A stretch of 64,000 nucleotides of DNA from Macrostomum lignano. Lineage: Eukaryota. The stretch spans positions 178,638 through 242,637 of the forward strand of contig NIVC01000562.1 in NCBI GenBank assembly GCA_002269645.1, read 5' to 3'. Numbering within the stretch: the stretch's first letter is position 1; each line of letters starts with the position of its first letter. The notes below the pieces were generated by a model. It was not told the origin of the DNA, did no database searches, and worked only from the letters and a program-made list of their open reading frames with translations. Positions 62,284 to 64,000 of this stretch are shown here, in pieces. A program made the translations under genes and the position numbers.

Positions 62284-63528
62284 CTATTGAAGCTTGGTAT
62301 GAAAACACGATCTGTAACACTTTAGGATCAGTTGTTTTGTGTAGAACTCTCGCTGGTTGAGTGCAAAAATAATGCATATACAAAGCCTCTGATGACTCGG
62401 ACATCCTGCTCCAGCGTACCAACCAAGCGCGATCATGTTTGCAGCCGTGAGCAGGATGTAGCTGATGAAGCAGATTGCATTCTTGTGACTCGCTATAAAC
62501 CTTCCAAGTCTTCTGATCGTTGAGGGCGCATCCGAGGGCGCAGATGAGGGAAGCGCTTTCAGAGCGGAAATGAAGGTGAACGCGATGAGGATGAGCATTT
62601 GTATCATGAGGAACAGACGCGACTAGCGGGATCGTGTTCATGGACTTCGGAGCCGACTGGGACGCGATCAGCACGTATAGAAGAATTATTAGTCATGGAC
62701 ATGATGATGGCAATGGACAGGTTCACCGGGTCGCTCTTGTCACCAGCCAGGAACATGATGCTTGCGAGCAGCGACAGCAGCTCGAACGGACAATCACCAG
62801 CACAGCGTAGTACATCCACCTGCGCTTCAGGTGGAATTGTAAATCCACCATATAAAAGTTGAAGTCAAGTGACTTTTCTTTGGACTGTTCACCAGTCACT
62901 TTCTCCAGATCCCACTCGCCGACCCGGGAAAGTTCCAGCCATCGTACGTGGAGCTGTTGTAGTAAACAGACACCGATAGGTTAAAATGCGTGACGTCGGA
63001 CGTTCCTGTGCTGACTTGAATAGCGGCCAGCTGACTGTCGAAGGGGAAGTATCTCCCATCGATGGCGCATGCGAACTGCACCACTGCGAATGTGTAAATG
63101 CTAGCTTCTCCGGTTGGAAACAATAGAGCATCGGCGAACATTTCGCCCTTGGAGTTGAGGAACTCGACGTCGCGTAGCCAGAGGCTGTTTCTGTGGAGAC
63201 GCAGCTGGTGCGGGCTGCCCGGCGATGACGAGTTCCAGGCGAGTCGAGGGTCAGTCCAGGAAATCCAAATCCAGCCAGAGAACTCCAGCAGCTCCTTTTC
63301 GTCCAGGCCGTAGATGGTGTTCAGATAAATCAACACCCTGACGTCTGTTTGGTAGCCGAAGTAGCTCGGAGACAGCAAGACGTGGCACTGCGCAGCGCGT
63401 GCGGTCTGATGGACTCCGCCAGTGCGCGGCACGCAGGCACGTCAGCGTTTGTGCCGGTCGATGGCGCTTGAGCGCATGATACTGTGAACTAGTAGAAGCA
63501 GAGGCAGAATACATTTACAGGTTCGCAT
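62284..63528 (-). pseudogene. Pentameric ligand-gated ion channel subunit (nAChR-like, intronless) with about five frameshifts; pseudogene or sequencing errors
   Basis: Signal MRTCKCILPLLLLVHSIMRSSA (ATG 63528); LBD WTDPRLAW, LWLRDVEFLNS, CAIDGRYFPFDSQ; GEWDL...LQFHLKRRWMYY; M1 LVIVPFELLSLLASIMF; M2 VNLSIAIIMSMT; M3 MIQMLILIAFTFISAL; M4 AICFISYILLTAANMIAL. These are spread over shifting frames. Confidence 0.8.
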
Positions 63529-64000
63529 CTTGCTGGCGCTCGTCTCGCAGTATGCAATAAAAATTTAGAAATTTGAGGCCTTCAGCCGCCAACAGAGTTC
63601 GACTAGCGTTTTTTACACTTACTCAGATTAATAATAATATTGCTTGGTACAATTGCAGTTTATTTCATAGTTACTACTCATAGTAAGCCTAAAGACAACA
63701 TCCATACAACATTAAAATAAATGACACTTTCCTGTCATTAAGCAATGTAATTGACAGCTTCTTATTATCTGAACACTCGGATAGCAAATGCAGAGTTTTC
63801 TGGTCCCGAATATTGAGGACGTTCTACATCTCTACCGATAGAAGAGTTCGAACCATGACTGGGTTGCGACACAATGAGGACTGCGAGACCAAAGATCCCT
63901 TAGGAGAACAGCTGACCTGCTCAAAGTGCCATGTGGGGATAGAAAGTGAAGTTCAGTTACTTTTTAAGTGCAGTTGGAACTTTTACTGTATCGTGCTTCT

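Overview
Eukaryotic, intron-rich animal DNA: GC-rich exons, AT-rich intergenic DNA and many intronic minisatellites. The style suggests a free-living flatworm such as Macrostomum, but this is inference only. I reconstructed exons by hand from GT-AG sites and reading phase. Genes, left to right: (1) 3' half of an eag/KCNH K+ channel (+); (2) a ~2092-aa vitellogenin/apolipophorin-type large lipid transfer protein (+); (3) a 10-exon uncharacterised coiled-coil gene (-) with one 1-nt frameshift; (4) an FSIP1-like gene (+); (5) a CYP2-clan P450 with no N-terminal anchor (+); (6) a PPP1R36-like gene (-); (7) a CUB-LDLa-TM receptor gene (+) with (8) a nested antisense tandem-C2 gene; (9) a multiply frameshifted pentameric ligand-gated channel lacking one Cys-loop cysteine (-). 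Mobile DNA: two tRNA-derived SINE families, a Mutator-type MITE with a 9-bp TSD, and a probable internally deleted Crypton-like element carrying a perfect 25-bp hairpin. Most long low-complexity ORFs in the track are translations of tandem repeats. No CRISPR array, rRNA or intact tRNA gene was seen. Repeat and SINE boundaries are approximate, and no database searches were run.
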